Assembly (NCBI GenBank): GCA_963705255.1
Contig: OY970061.1
Span: 224,001-288,000 of the forward strand
Direction: 5' to 3'
Source: an uncultured Methanoregulaceae archaeon
GTDB taxonomy: Archaea > Halobacteriota > Methanomicrobia > Methanomicrobiales > Methanospirillaceae
DNA: 64,000 nucleotides
Positions within the stretch are counted from its first letter, which is position 1. Each line of letters opens with the position of its first letter. Below, piece after piece: positions 41,588 to 50,166 of the stretch. The notes under the pieces are model-generated. The model saw nothing but the letters and a program-made list of their open reading frames with translations. It was not told the origin of the DNA and made no database searches. Made by a program: the position numbers and the translations under genes.

Positions 41588-41750
41588 TATAGGATTTATT
41601 CACCCAATACCAAAAAAAGGATTCTGAACGGGCACAGTTCAAGACGGGTTCCGGGACAGGATAACGGCTTTCCGGAGGCGCCGGACTCTCCGGGGAGCCT
41701 GACACGCACAAGACGAGGCTTAATCTCCTATGGTCGCGCATACTATACCG

Positions 41751-42062
41751 ATGTTCTGTCCTGAATGTAAAACCATGCTGATGTCATCTGCAGGCCAGCT
41801 GAAGTGCCGGAAATGCGGGTATATCCGGAAGATTGAAGGCGCTGACCAGATGAAGCGTAAGGTAAACCGCAGTGAGAATGAGATTGTGATCGTTGAGGAG
41901 GAGGGCCAGGAAAAGACCATGCCCACCATCCAGATCAAGTGTCCCAAGTGCGAGAACAATCTTGCTATCTGGTGGCTTCGTCAACTCCGTGCAGCCGATG
42001 AAAGCGAAGTCCGCTTCTTCCGCTGCACCGAATGCGGTCACACCTGGCGCCAGTACGACTGA
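41751..42062 (+). CDS. tfs: Transcription factor S
   Basis: MFCPEC...CRKC and CPKC...QLRAADES...CTECGHTWR. Confidence 0.95.
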   Translation: MFCPECKTMLMSSAGQLKCRKCGYIRKIEGADQMKRKVNRSENEIVIVEEEGQEKTMPTIQIKCPKCENNLAIWWLRQLRAADESEVRFFRCTECGHTWRQYD

Positions 42063-42309
42063 ATTTTTTCCCATAACTTTTTGTTTTAAATTGTGCCTGA
42101 ACGGGATTCATGGTATCAGGATCATACTTCCCATAATTTCAAACGGTCCTTGAAGACCAAAAATGCCGTTAAAACAGGATGCCGTACACACAAAATGACT
42201 GCTCCTGTTGTATACTATACGGGTCGGGTTCCCGCTCTTTTCGCCAGCGGAAAAGGGCAACCCTTAATTTGCGCCACTCATCACTCATAATGGTAAATCG
42301 GGGTTTTGC

Positions 42310-44201
42310 ATGACCGAAGACTTTGATGTCAGACTTACCGAGAAGCACTACATGCCCGACCCGTCCTACAAGCAGAACAGCTGGGTTGGTGACTATGCAA
42401 CGGTATACCGGGATTTCCTCCGGGACCCGGAACGGTTCTGGGACACTATTGCACGGGAGCTCCACTGGTTCTCCCCATACCGCAAAGTGAAGGAGTGGAA
42501 TTACCCGTACGCCCGCTGGTTCACCGGCGGCAAGACCAACATCACCTACAACTGCCTCGACCGCCACATGCAGAACTCACGGCGCAACAAGGTGGCGCTC
42601 ATCTGGAGAGGCGAGGATGATACCGAGCGGATCTACACCTACCGCCAGCTCTACCGCGAGGTGATGCGGGTTGCCAACGGCCTCAAAAAACTCGGGGTCG
42701 GGAAAGGCGACCGGGTCTGCATCTACATGCCGATGGTGCCGGAGCAGATCATATCGATGCTTGCCTGCGCCCGCATCGGGGTCGTCCACAGCGTGGTCTT
42801 CGGCGGGTTCGGGGCAGCGGCGCTCAACAGCAGGATCACGGGAGCCGGAGCCAAGGTTGTCATCACGGCCGACGTCACCTTCCGGCGCGGCAAGTCCATC
42901 CCGCTCAAGCACATCATCGAGGAGGCGATCATCAACGCCGAGACCGTCGAGCACGTCGTCGTTCTCCGGCGCGAGCAGCACCAGCCGGTCGAGATCCACC
43001 GCGAGATGGAGGTCGACTTCTACGACATGATCCGGGCGCCGGGGCTGACTGCGAACCCGAGGTCATGGACGCGGAAGACCCCCTCTTCATCCTGTATACC
43101 AGCGGCTCGACCGGGGCTCCGAAAGGGATCGTCCATACGTGCGGGGGGTACATGGTCGGAACCTACTACACCACAAAGAACGTCTTCGACATCAAGGACA
43201 CCGATGTCTACTGGTGTACCGCGGACCCGGGCTGGATCACCGGGCATTCCTACGTGGTCTACGGCCCGCTTTCCGTGGGTGCGACCATCATCATGACCGA
43301 AAGCACTCCCGATTTCCCCGACCCCGGGGTCTACTGGCGGATGGTCGAGGAGTTCGGGGTCACGATCCTCTACACAGCGCCGACAGCGATACGGATGTTC
43401 ATGAAGCTCGGGGAGGAGTGGCCGGGTAAATACAACCTGAGCACGCTGAGGATCCTCGGATCCGTTGGCGAACCACTCAACCCCGAGGCGTTCGAGTGGT
43501 ACTACCGCGTCATCGGGAAGGACCGCTGCCCGGTCGTGGACACCTGGTGGCAGACCGAGACCGGCATGCACATGGTGACAACCCTGATCGGGGAACCGAT
43601 GTACCCGGGGTTTGCGGGCAAGGCAGTCCCCGGCGTGGTCGCCGATGTCGTGGACAAAGACGGGAACTCTGTCCCGCCCGGAACCGGGGGTTTTCTCGTG
43701 ATCCGGGAACCCTGGCCTTCCATGCTCAGGACCGTATACAAGGACGACGACCGGTACAGGAAGGACTGGACAACGATCCCCGGGTGCTATGCAGTCGGCG
43801 ACCTTGCGGTCAGGAACAAGGAGGGCTACATCATGGTCCTCGGGCGGGCCGACGACCTGATCGTGGTCGCGGGCCACAACATCGGGACAGCCGAAGTCGA
43901 GAGTGCGCTCGTCTCCCACCAGGCTGTCGCAGAGGCTGCGGTCATCGGCAAACCGGATCCTGTGAAGGGAAATGTCATCAAGGCGTTTGTGATCCTCCGG
44001 GTCGGGCACATTCCCGGCGAACGGCTGAAAAACGAGTTGCTCTACCACGTGCGGATAACGCTCGGCCCCATCGCCATGCCCTCAGAGATCGAGTTCGTCC
44101 AGTCCCTGCCCAAGACCCGCAGCGGCAAGATCATGCGGCGGGTGCTCAAGGCCCAGGAGCTGGGTATGGACCCGGGCGACATCTCGACTCTTGAAGAATA
44201 A
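42310..44201 (+). CDS. acs: Acetyl-CoA synthetase (AMP-forming), frameshift near 43035
   Basis: [41 protein letters not shown]; one added G restores a single frame. Confidence 0.92.
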
Positions 44202-44220
44202 GGCCGGATCAAGACCCATC

Positions 44221-44230
44221 TTTTTAAATA
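44221..44230 (+). promoter_or_regulatory. Putative TATA box of tbp (near-leaderless transcript)
   Basis: TTTTTAAATA about 25 nt upstream of the ATG at 44253. Confidence 0.5.
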
Positions 44231-44252
44231 CTGTTTTGTGGCATTTATAAAT

Positions 44253-44813
44253 ATGAAGGTCAGACCAGAGGACTCCCTCAAGATCGAGAACATTGTCGCT
44301 TCCGCAAAGGTGACCGATTACCTGGATCTACCCGCGCTCGCATCCAAGATCAAGGACGCCGAATACAACAAGAAGCGGTTTCCGGGGGTCGTGCTCCGGA
44401 TGCAGGACCCCAAGATTGCGGCTCTTGTTTTCGGGTCGGGCAAAGTGGTGCTCACCGGGGCAAAGAGCATCGACAGCCTGAGCAAGGGGCTCAACATCCT
44501 TGGCGGGCTCTTGCGGAAACAGGGCATCGACATCCCCAAGAAACTGGAGTACAAGATCCAGAACATCGTCACCTCGGCCGATCTTGCCACCGCGATAAAC
44601 CTGAACAAGATCGCGGTTGGCTTCAACCTCGACCGGATCGAATACGAGCCCGAACAGTTTCCGGGTCTCGTTTACCGTCTGGACAACCCGAAAGTTGTGG
44701 TGCTCCTCTTCGGGTCCGGCAAACTGATCATCACCGGTGGCAAGGAACCGGACGACGCGAAGAAAGCGGTCGTCAAGATCCTATCAGACCTCCGCAGCCT
44801 CGGTCTCCTGTAA
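44253..44813 (+). CDS. tbp: TATA-box-binding protein
   Basis: Two repeats: NIVAS...FPGVVLR...FGSGKVVLTG and NIVTS...YEPEQFPGLVYR...FGSGKLIITG. Confidence 0.97.
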   Translation: MKVRPEDSLKIENIVASAKVTDYLDLPALASKIKDAEYNKKRFPGVVLRMQDPKIAALVFGSGKVVLTGAKSIDSLSKGLNILGGLLRKQGIDIPKKLEYKIQNIVTSADLATAINLNKIAVGFNLDRIEYEPEQFPGLVYRLDNPKVVVLLFGSGKLIITGGKEPDDAKKAVVKILSDLRSLGLL

Positions 44814-45001
44814 TTATCGTTCCCGGCAGGTTTACCTCCCGGGGTCCAATTTTATTTTTTATTTAACTATTATGATAATGCATATATTGCCCCGATTCAT
44901 CATATATAAAACAACCGGCCATTGCCTGACAATAACGGAGCCTATATATCCTCATTTGAATAAATATATACTAGGTAGTTTAAAAAATCTGGATGTGATG
45001 C

Positions 45002-45376
45002 ATGAGAACAGAGAACGTAATGTATTTTACTGAAAAGGAAGAGGAGTTTGCAAATCTCCTCATCGAGATCGGAACGAAACGGAATGTTGCAAAGGTGCTG
45101 GTATTCCTTGCAAACACATCCGAGGCGACATCACGCGCCATCGAACGCGGGACCGACCTCCGCCAGCCGGAAGTCAGCATTGCGATGCGCTACCTGATCG
45201 AGCAGAACTGGATCTCGAGCAGGGAGAGCAAGGCTGAGAGCAAGGGGCGCCCGGTCAAGATCTACGAGCTGGCCAAACCCATCCAGGAGATCATGGACAA
45301 CATCGAGAAAGAGAAGAAGAAGGAAGCAAACAACCAGCTCGCCCTGGTCCAGAAGTTACGGGACTACATCCGCTGA
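45002..45376 (+). CDS. Winged-helix transcriptional regulator (methanogen type)
   Basis: IERGTDLRQPEVSIAM helix-turn-helix, KGRPVKIYEL wing. Confidence 0.85.
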   Translation: MRTENVMYFTEKEEEFANLLIEIGTKRNVAKVLVFLANTSEATSRAIERGTDLRQPEVSIAMRYLIEQNWISSRESKAESKGRPVKIYELAKPIQEIMDNIEKEKKKEANNQLALVQKLRDYIR

Positions 45377-46069
45377 AGTAACAATCCTGCACTTTTTTTC
45401 GCCACCGACGATCACGGTGGTCTTGTCTGCAAAGCCGGTGAAGAGTCCGCTCTCCACAACTCCCGGCACGGAAGCAATTGCCGCTTCGAGCTCAGCGGGC
45501 CGTGTGATCTCTGCAAACGTGCAGTCAAGGATAAAATTCCCGTTGTCCGTTATGACCGGGCCGTCTTTTCTGGCCCCCTCGCGGATGACCGGGCGGCACC
45601 CGAACCCCCTGAGCTGGGTCATAACCGGGCGGACAGCAAACGGGATCACTTCCACCGGTACCGGGGCACCAAGCCGGGGAACCACTTTCTGTTCGTCAAC
45701 GATAACGACGAACCGGAATGCGGCAGCCGCCACGCATTTCTCCCGCGTGTGGGCGGCCCCGCGCCCCTTGATCAGGTTCAGGCCGGGGCCGACCTCATCG
45801 GCGCCGTCAATTGCGATATCGATGACCGGGTTATCATCGAGCGTGGTCAGCGGGATGGCATATTCACGGGCACGCATGGCGGTCTGGTAGGATGTGGGGA
45901 CCCCCGATATCTTCAGCCCTTCCCGGACCCGGGACGAGAGCCGCTCGATCATGTAATACACGGTCGAACCGGTCCCAAGCCCGATCACCATGCCGTCTTC
46001 CACCATATCCGCGGCATGATAGCCGGCCGCGCTCTTTGCCGCCGTAAGGGCCCTCACTTTCTCATCCAT
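45356..46069 (-). CDS. rpiA: Ribose-5-phosphate isomerase A
   Basis: GLGTGST, DGADEV, KGRGAA, TDNGN, PGVVESGLF. Confidence 0.95.
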   Translation of the reverse strand: MDEKVRALTAAKSAAGYHAADMVEDGMVIGLGTGSTVYYMIERLSSRVREGLKISGVPTSYQTAMRAREYAIPLTTLDDNPVIDIAIDGADEVGPGLNLIKGRGAAHTREKCVAAAAFRFVVIVDEQKVVPRLGAPVPVEVIPFAVRPVMTQLRGFGCRPVIREGARKDGPVITDNGNFILDCTFAEITRPAELEAAIASVPGVVESGLFTGFADKTTVIVGGEKKCRIVTSADVVP

Positions 46070-46131
46070 GCAAGTGATACGTATCGGTGCGAGAATAATT
46101 AAAACTGGTGATTCCGGGCAGGGCCCGGGCG

Positions 46132-46914
46132 TCAGGATAAAAAGATCTTCCTGGTGTCCTCGTGGGCCCTGTGAGCCGTGCAGTCGAGGGTGACCGGGGT
46201 TATCGAGACGTTGCCTTCCCTGACGGAATGGACATCGGTCCCCTCCCCGGCGTCGGTGAAGAGGGGGCCGTTGATCCAGAAATACGGGCGGCCGCGGGGG
46301 TCGAGCCGTTTTTCCACGCCGGTGTGGAAGAGCTTCCGGGCAAGGCGGGTCACCTCGTAACCGCCTCTCACCTTCGAAGGGATGTTCACGTTGATCACGT
46401 CCGCATCGGGAGGGAACCCGTGCGCGAGCACGCGATCGACGACGTCGCGTACGATCTTCTTTGCCGCATCGAAACTCTGGCCGTGCGTGCGGGGGTCGTC
46501 GAACTTGTCGCCCTGGTCCTCGACCTGAAGCGAGAAGGCGATGCCCTTGACACCCTGGTTCGAGGCTTCCAGTGCCGCCCCGACCGTCCCGGATGTCATG
46601 ATGGACTCGAACGAGAGGTTCTCTCCGATATTGATCCCGCTCACCACCATCGTCGGGTTGAGTTTGAGCGCGTAAAGCCCGATGATCACGGCGTCGGTCG
46701 GCTTGCCGGCCACTGCCCATGCAGGCACCCCGTTCAGCACGACCTGGTTTGCCCGCAGCGGCTCGAAGATTGAGATCGACCTGCCGACTGCGCTCTGCTG
46801 GGTGGCCGGGGCGACGACCGTCACGTCCGCGATGGGAACGAGGGCTTCGTACGCCGCCCAGAGCCCGATCGAGCTCACGCCGTCGTCATTGGTCAGCAGG
46901 ATGGAAGGTCTCAT
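46132..46914 (-). CDS. surE: 5'/3'-nucleotidase SurE
   Basis: ILLTNDDG, VSGINIGEN, SGTVGAA, SITP. Confidence 0.95.
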   Translation of the reverse strand: MRPSILLTNDDGVSSIGLWAAYEALVPIADVTVVAPATQQSAVGRSISIFEPLRANQVVLNGVPAWAVAGKPTDAVIIGLYALKLNPTMVVSGINIGENLSFESIMTSGTVGAALEASNQGVKGIAFSLQVEDQGDKFDDPRTHGQSFDAAKKIVRDVVDRVLAHGFPPDADVINVNIPSKVRGGYEVTRLARKLFHTGVEKRLDPRGRPYFWINGPLFTDAGEGTDVHSVREGNVSITPVTLDCTAHRAHEDTRKIFLS

Positions 46915-47121
46915 ATGCATCGTCTCTGGCTTCTTCTCCACACATAAAGTCGGAGACCTCCCTCTTATTCCTTTCCGGTCTTCTCGCAGGGGGATCCGCA
47001 CGCATCACCCACAACGACCAGTCCCGTTCATCTATCTGCGGCCGGTCGTGAACGGTACGGAACCCTGCGAGGGTTCACCGATCGGATAGGGTAATTTTCC
47101 CAGACAGCATAGGTACGGGGG

Positions 47122-48006
47122 ATGAAGGTCCTGCTTGCCGAATACACCACTGCCCATGACCCCGCCCTGGCCCGCGAGGGCAGGGCAATGCTCGAAGTCC
47201 TTACCCGGAGCTTCACGCGCTGCGGCCACGAACCGGTCCCTGTCGGGAGCGGTGACTTTGCATCGGAGATCGAACTCCTCGCCCCTGCCTGCGACATGGG
47301 GCTCGTGATCGCCCCGGACGAGATGCTCGCAAAGTATACGATGCTTCTCGAGCAGCACACCTACAACCTCGGCTGCGGGTTCATGACGGCAGCCCTCTGC
47401 GCAAACAAGGTGCAGACCGGCAAAGTCCTGCGGAGCCACGGCATCCCGGTCCCCGGCGATGCGGGGAAAGGGAAGCGGGTGATCAAACCGGTGAAAGGCT
47501 GCGGCTCGCAGGGAGTCAGGCTGTCGGACGGTGAACCGGGCGAAGGGGAGTTCGCGCAGGAGTACATCGAGGGAGAACACCTCTCGGTCAGCATCGTCTC
47601 AAACCGCGTCATCGGGGACGCCTGCCTCTACTTCACGGGAAATCCCGCGGCTGTCCTTGCGGTCAACCGGCAGCTCATCGGGACGGCCGAGGACGGGTCA
47701 TTCCGGTACCTTGGCGGGGAGACGCCGGTCCACCCGGCCCGCGAAGACGAGATTACCGGCGTGGCCAGAAAGGCGGCGGAGGTGCTCGGCTGCCAGGGGT
47801 ATTGCGGGATTGATGTCGTGGTCGCCGACAAGGTCTATGTCGTTGACGTGAACCCGCGGATCACGACGAGCCTCGTGGGGATTGCCGCCTGTATGGAGGA
47901 GGAGATCGCCGACCTCCTCATCTCAGCCTCGAAAGGCGAAGGGCCGGCTGAGGTCCACCTGAAGGGAAGCGTCCGGTTCGATACGCACGGGAAGGTCACG
48001 CAGTGA
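47122..48006 (+). CDS. mfnD: ATP-grasp protein, tyramine-glutamate ligase of methanofuran synthesis
   Basis: EGRAML, LVIAPD, KPVKGCGS, QEYIEG, VDVNPRITTS; adjacent to mfnF-like gene. Confidence 0.8.
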   Translation: MKVLLAEYTTAHDPALAREGRAMLEVLTRSFTRCGHEPVPVGSGDFASEIELLAPACDMGLVIAPDEMLAKYTMLLEQHTYNLGCGFMTAALCANKVQTGKVLRSHGIPVPGDAGKGKRVIKPVKGCGSQGVRLSDGEPGEGEFAQEYIEGEHLSVSIVSNRVIGDACLYFTGNPAAVLAVNRQLIGTAEDGSFRYLGGETPVHPAREDEITGVARKAAEVLGCQGYCGIDVVVADKVYVVDVNPRITTSLVGIAACMEEEIADLLISASKGEGPAEVHLKGSVRFDTHGKVTQ

Positions 48007-48971
48007 TGATCGGGATCGATGTCGGGGGCGCGAATCTCAAGGTTGTTGACAAAAATGGCGTCCACCTCCACTACTGCCCCCTCTGGGAGGAGGCGCCTGT
48101 CACGGACTACCTCCTGCGCTACGTGCAGGGGCCGGCCGATCCCGCGGCTGTCGTGATGAGCGGGGAGCTTGCCGACTGTTTTGAGAACAAGGCGCAGGGG
48201 ATCTCGTTCATCGTGGGTGCCGTGAAGGCTGCCTTTCCACGGGCGAAGTTCTATGGCACGGACGCCCGGTTCCACGATGGGGCAGCCCCGTTCCTTGCGG
48301 CTGCCAACTGGCTTGCCTCCGCGGACTACCTCAGGATACGCCACCCCGGCGCCGTCCTGCTGGACATCGGGAGCACGACGGCCGATATCATCCCCTTCGG
48401 GCGGTTCCCGGAACTGCACGACCTCACCGATCTCCTGCGGCTCCAGAAGGGATATCTCCTGTATACCGGCATGCTCCGCACGAACATCGCCACGCTCCTC
48501 CGGTCCGTGGATATTGAGGGTGTCTGGACACCGGTCAGCACAGAATATTTCGCCGCGAGCGCCGATGCCCACCTCGTCCTCGGGAATATCACGCCAGGAC
48601 AATACACCTGCGATTCTCCGGATCACCGGGAGAGGTCCCGGGAAGCATCGCTGCGGAGGCTTGCCAGGGTGGTCTGTGCCGACCTCGATGAGATTGGTGC
48701 GGAGGGAGCAGTTGAGATCGCCCGGCAGTTCTGGGATGTCCAGCGGGACCTGGTGTGTGGCCAGGTGAGAAAAGTCGCAAAGGATTCCCGTGCCCGGGAG
48801 ATTATTGTCGCGGGCATCGGGGCCCCGATTTTTGCCCGCGAACTGGGCGGCGCCGACCTCACGCAGGAACTGGGCCCTGCCGCCGATGCCCTGCCGGCGT
48901 TTGCCGTACGGGAGATCGCGGTGAGGGACGGGATATTTTCCGGGATAGGGAATAAAGAAAAAAGAGAATAA
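48003..48971 (+). CDS. mfnF: Hydantoinase/oxoprolinase-family protein of methanofuran synthesis
   Basis: GIDVGGANLK, MSGELADCF, AAANW, DIGSTTADIIP, RRLARVVCAD. Confidence 0.82.
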   Translation: MMIGIDVGGANLKVVDKNGVHLHYCPLWEEAPVTDYLLRYVQGPADPAAVVMSGELADCFENKAQGISFIVGAVKAAFPRAKFYGTDARFHDGAAPFLAAANWLASADYLRIRHPGAVLLDIGSTTADIIPFGRFPELHDLTDLLRLQKGYLLYTGMLRTNIATLLRSVDIEGVWTPVSTEYFAASADAHLVLGNITPGQYTCDSPDHRERSREASLRRLARVVCADLDEIGAEGAVEIARQFWDVQRDLVCGQVRKVAKDSRAREIIVAGIGAPIFARELGGADLTQELGPAADALPAFAVREIAVRDGIFSGIGNKEKRE

Positions 48972-49224
48972 GGCTCTGTTGAAATCCTCAGAGAAACATG
49001 CAGTCGCTCTTGGGGGCTCCAGCACTTCATGCTTCCGCCCCCGCCGCTCGGGCATCCCCCATATAGGGATAGTTCCTCAGAAGGTTGATGAAAACCCCGA
49101 AAAACGGGGGTCAAGGGGATGCTCCCCTTGGGATGCCTCCCCCGCTGGGGGAGAGAGGGGGTTACCCTCATAACCGCAGCAGTGTATAAGCAAATGATCA
49201 GAAAAATAGGATTTCAACAAAGCC
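48972..49224. mobile_element. MITE copy C (253 bp, cassette-free core, opposite orientation to A and B)
   Basis: 16/17 TIR GGCTCTGTTGAAATCCT / AGGATTTCAACAAAGCC; flanks GAGAATAA / AAGAATAA (7/8); abuts the mfnF stop codon. Confidence 0.9.
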
Positions 49225-49282
49225 AAGAATAAGGAAAAAAGCCTATGAACCTGTCGCCCGGCAGCGCAACCGGGGAACCTCC

Positions 49283-49534
49283 ATGAAATCCTGGAAGCTG
49301 AGCCTTCTCCTACTCGCCGGCTCCCTTGCGGTCACCGTACTCCTCTGGTACCTGGGCCTGCCGTTCTTCTTCGTCTTCCTCTTCGTCCCGCTTGCGCCCT
49401 TTTTCGGCCGCAGGAGGACGGTCAGGACGTGCCCTGTGTGCGGATGGGAAACCACAGGCAGCGAGCGCTTCTGCCCCCGTGATGCGACCCCCCTCCGGGA
49501 TCCGGGCGGCGAGGGTGGAGAGGGAGAGAAGTGA
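49283..49534 (+). CDS. Small membrane protein with zinc-ribbon-like tail
   Basis: Two short hydrophobic segments then CPVCG...FCPRD. Confidence 0.65.
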   Translation: MKSWKLSLLLLAGSLAVTVLLWYLGLPFFFVFLFVPLAPFFGRRRTVRTCPVCGWETTGSERFCPRDATPLRDPGGEGGEGEK

Positions 49535-49978
49535 GAACGGGAGCCTCATCCCGAATACGTCCGCGGTCGGGATATCCCCGAAATTCCGTCCCGCGTAATT
49601 CCGCCAGGTTGTGCGATCGACGACAATCCCCAGGGCATCGATCACCCTGGCAGCCCGGCTGGGTGGCATCGTGGTCGAGAGCGTGGAAAAAATATCAACG
49701 ACCGGTGACCCGATCCGGGTACCGGGATAAAACGGCTCATCGGCATAACAGAGGTTGCAGCATGTCTTACAGGTAAATCTTTTCACGCGGACGGTGACGA
49801 TGTAATCCTGGTCGTGCTCCATGAGCACAGCAAATTTTTTCCGTCTCGTGTCATAGCCCTGCAGCGGTCCCCCGCACTTCGGGCATCGGGACAATCCGGT
49901 GAATTCGATCCCGTCTAACGAGGAGATGGTGGTCTGTACCAGATCTCTGACCATCGGCGGGATGCGGGGAGGTCTCAT
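49310..49978 (-). CDS. Uncharacterised zinc-ribbon protein
   Basis: CPKCGG...VKRFTCKTC; 3' third overlaps 49283-49534 on the antisense strand. Confidence 0.7.
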   Translation of the reverse strand: MRPPRIPPMVRDLVQTTISSLDGIEFTGLSRCPKCGGPLQGYDTRRKKFAVLMEHDQDYIVTVRVKRFTCKTCCNLCYADEPFYPGTRIGSPVVDIFSTLSTTMPPSRAARVIDALGIVVDRTTWRNYAGRNFGDIPTADVFGMRLPFSLLSLSTLAARIPEGGRITGAEALAACGFPSAHRARPDRPPAAEKGRKRDEEEDEEERQAQVPEEYGDRKGAGE

Positions 49979-50074
49979 GGTGCGCACTCAGGGAACCTGA
50001 CCGTTCTTTCCTTTTTGCCGGCATGCAAACTGGTTTACCGGTCCAGGTTGTCATAGAAAACTCTATTGTTTTGC

Positions 50075-50128
50075 TTATATACCCCCCTGGTATTCATCAA
50101 TTTAATGTACGTTTTACGTAACATTAAA
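50075..50128 (+). promoter_or_regulatory. TATA box and 28-bp inverted repeat upstream of the fdhA-like operon
   Basis: TTATATA at 50075-50081; TTTAATGT-ACGT-ttt-ACGT-a-ACATTAAA at 50101-50128. Confidence 0.6.
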
Positions 50129-50166
50129 TACGATCAGGTGGAACCCTGTTTGTTCGAGGACAGAAC

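Noticed and set aside
41666-41699. Hairpin GGCTTTCCGGAG...CTCCGGGGAGCC between artA and tfs
   Set aside because: A single imperfect GC-rich stem with no second copy or other support.
43020-43070. Programmed ribosomal frameshift in acs (and other split genes)
   Set aside because: No slippery heptamer or stimulatory structure; single-G indels explain the breaks more simply.
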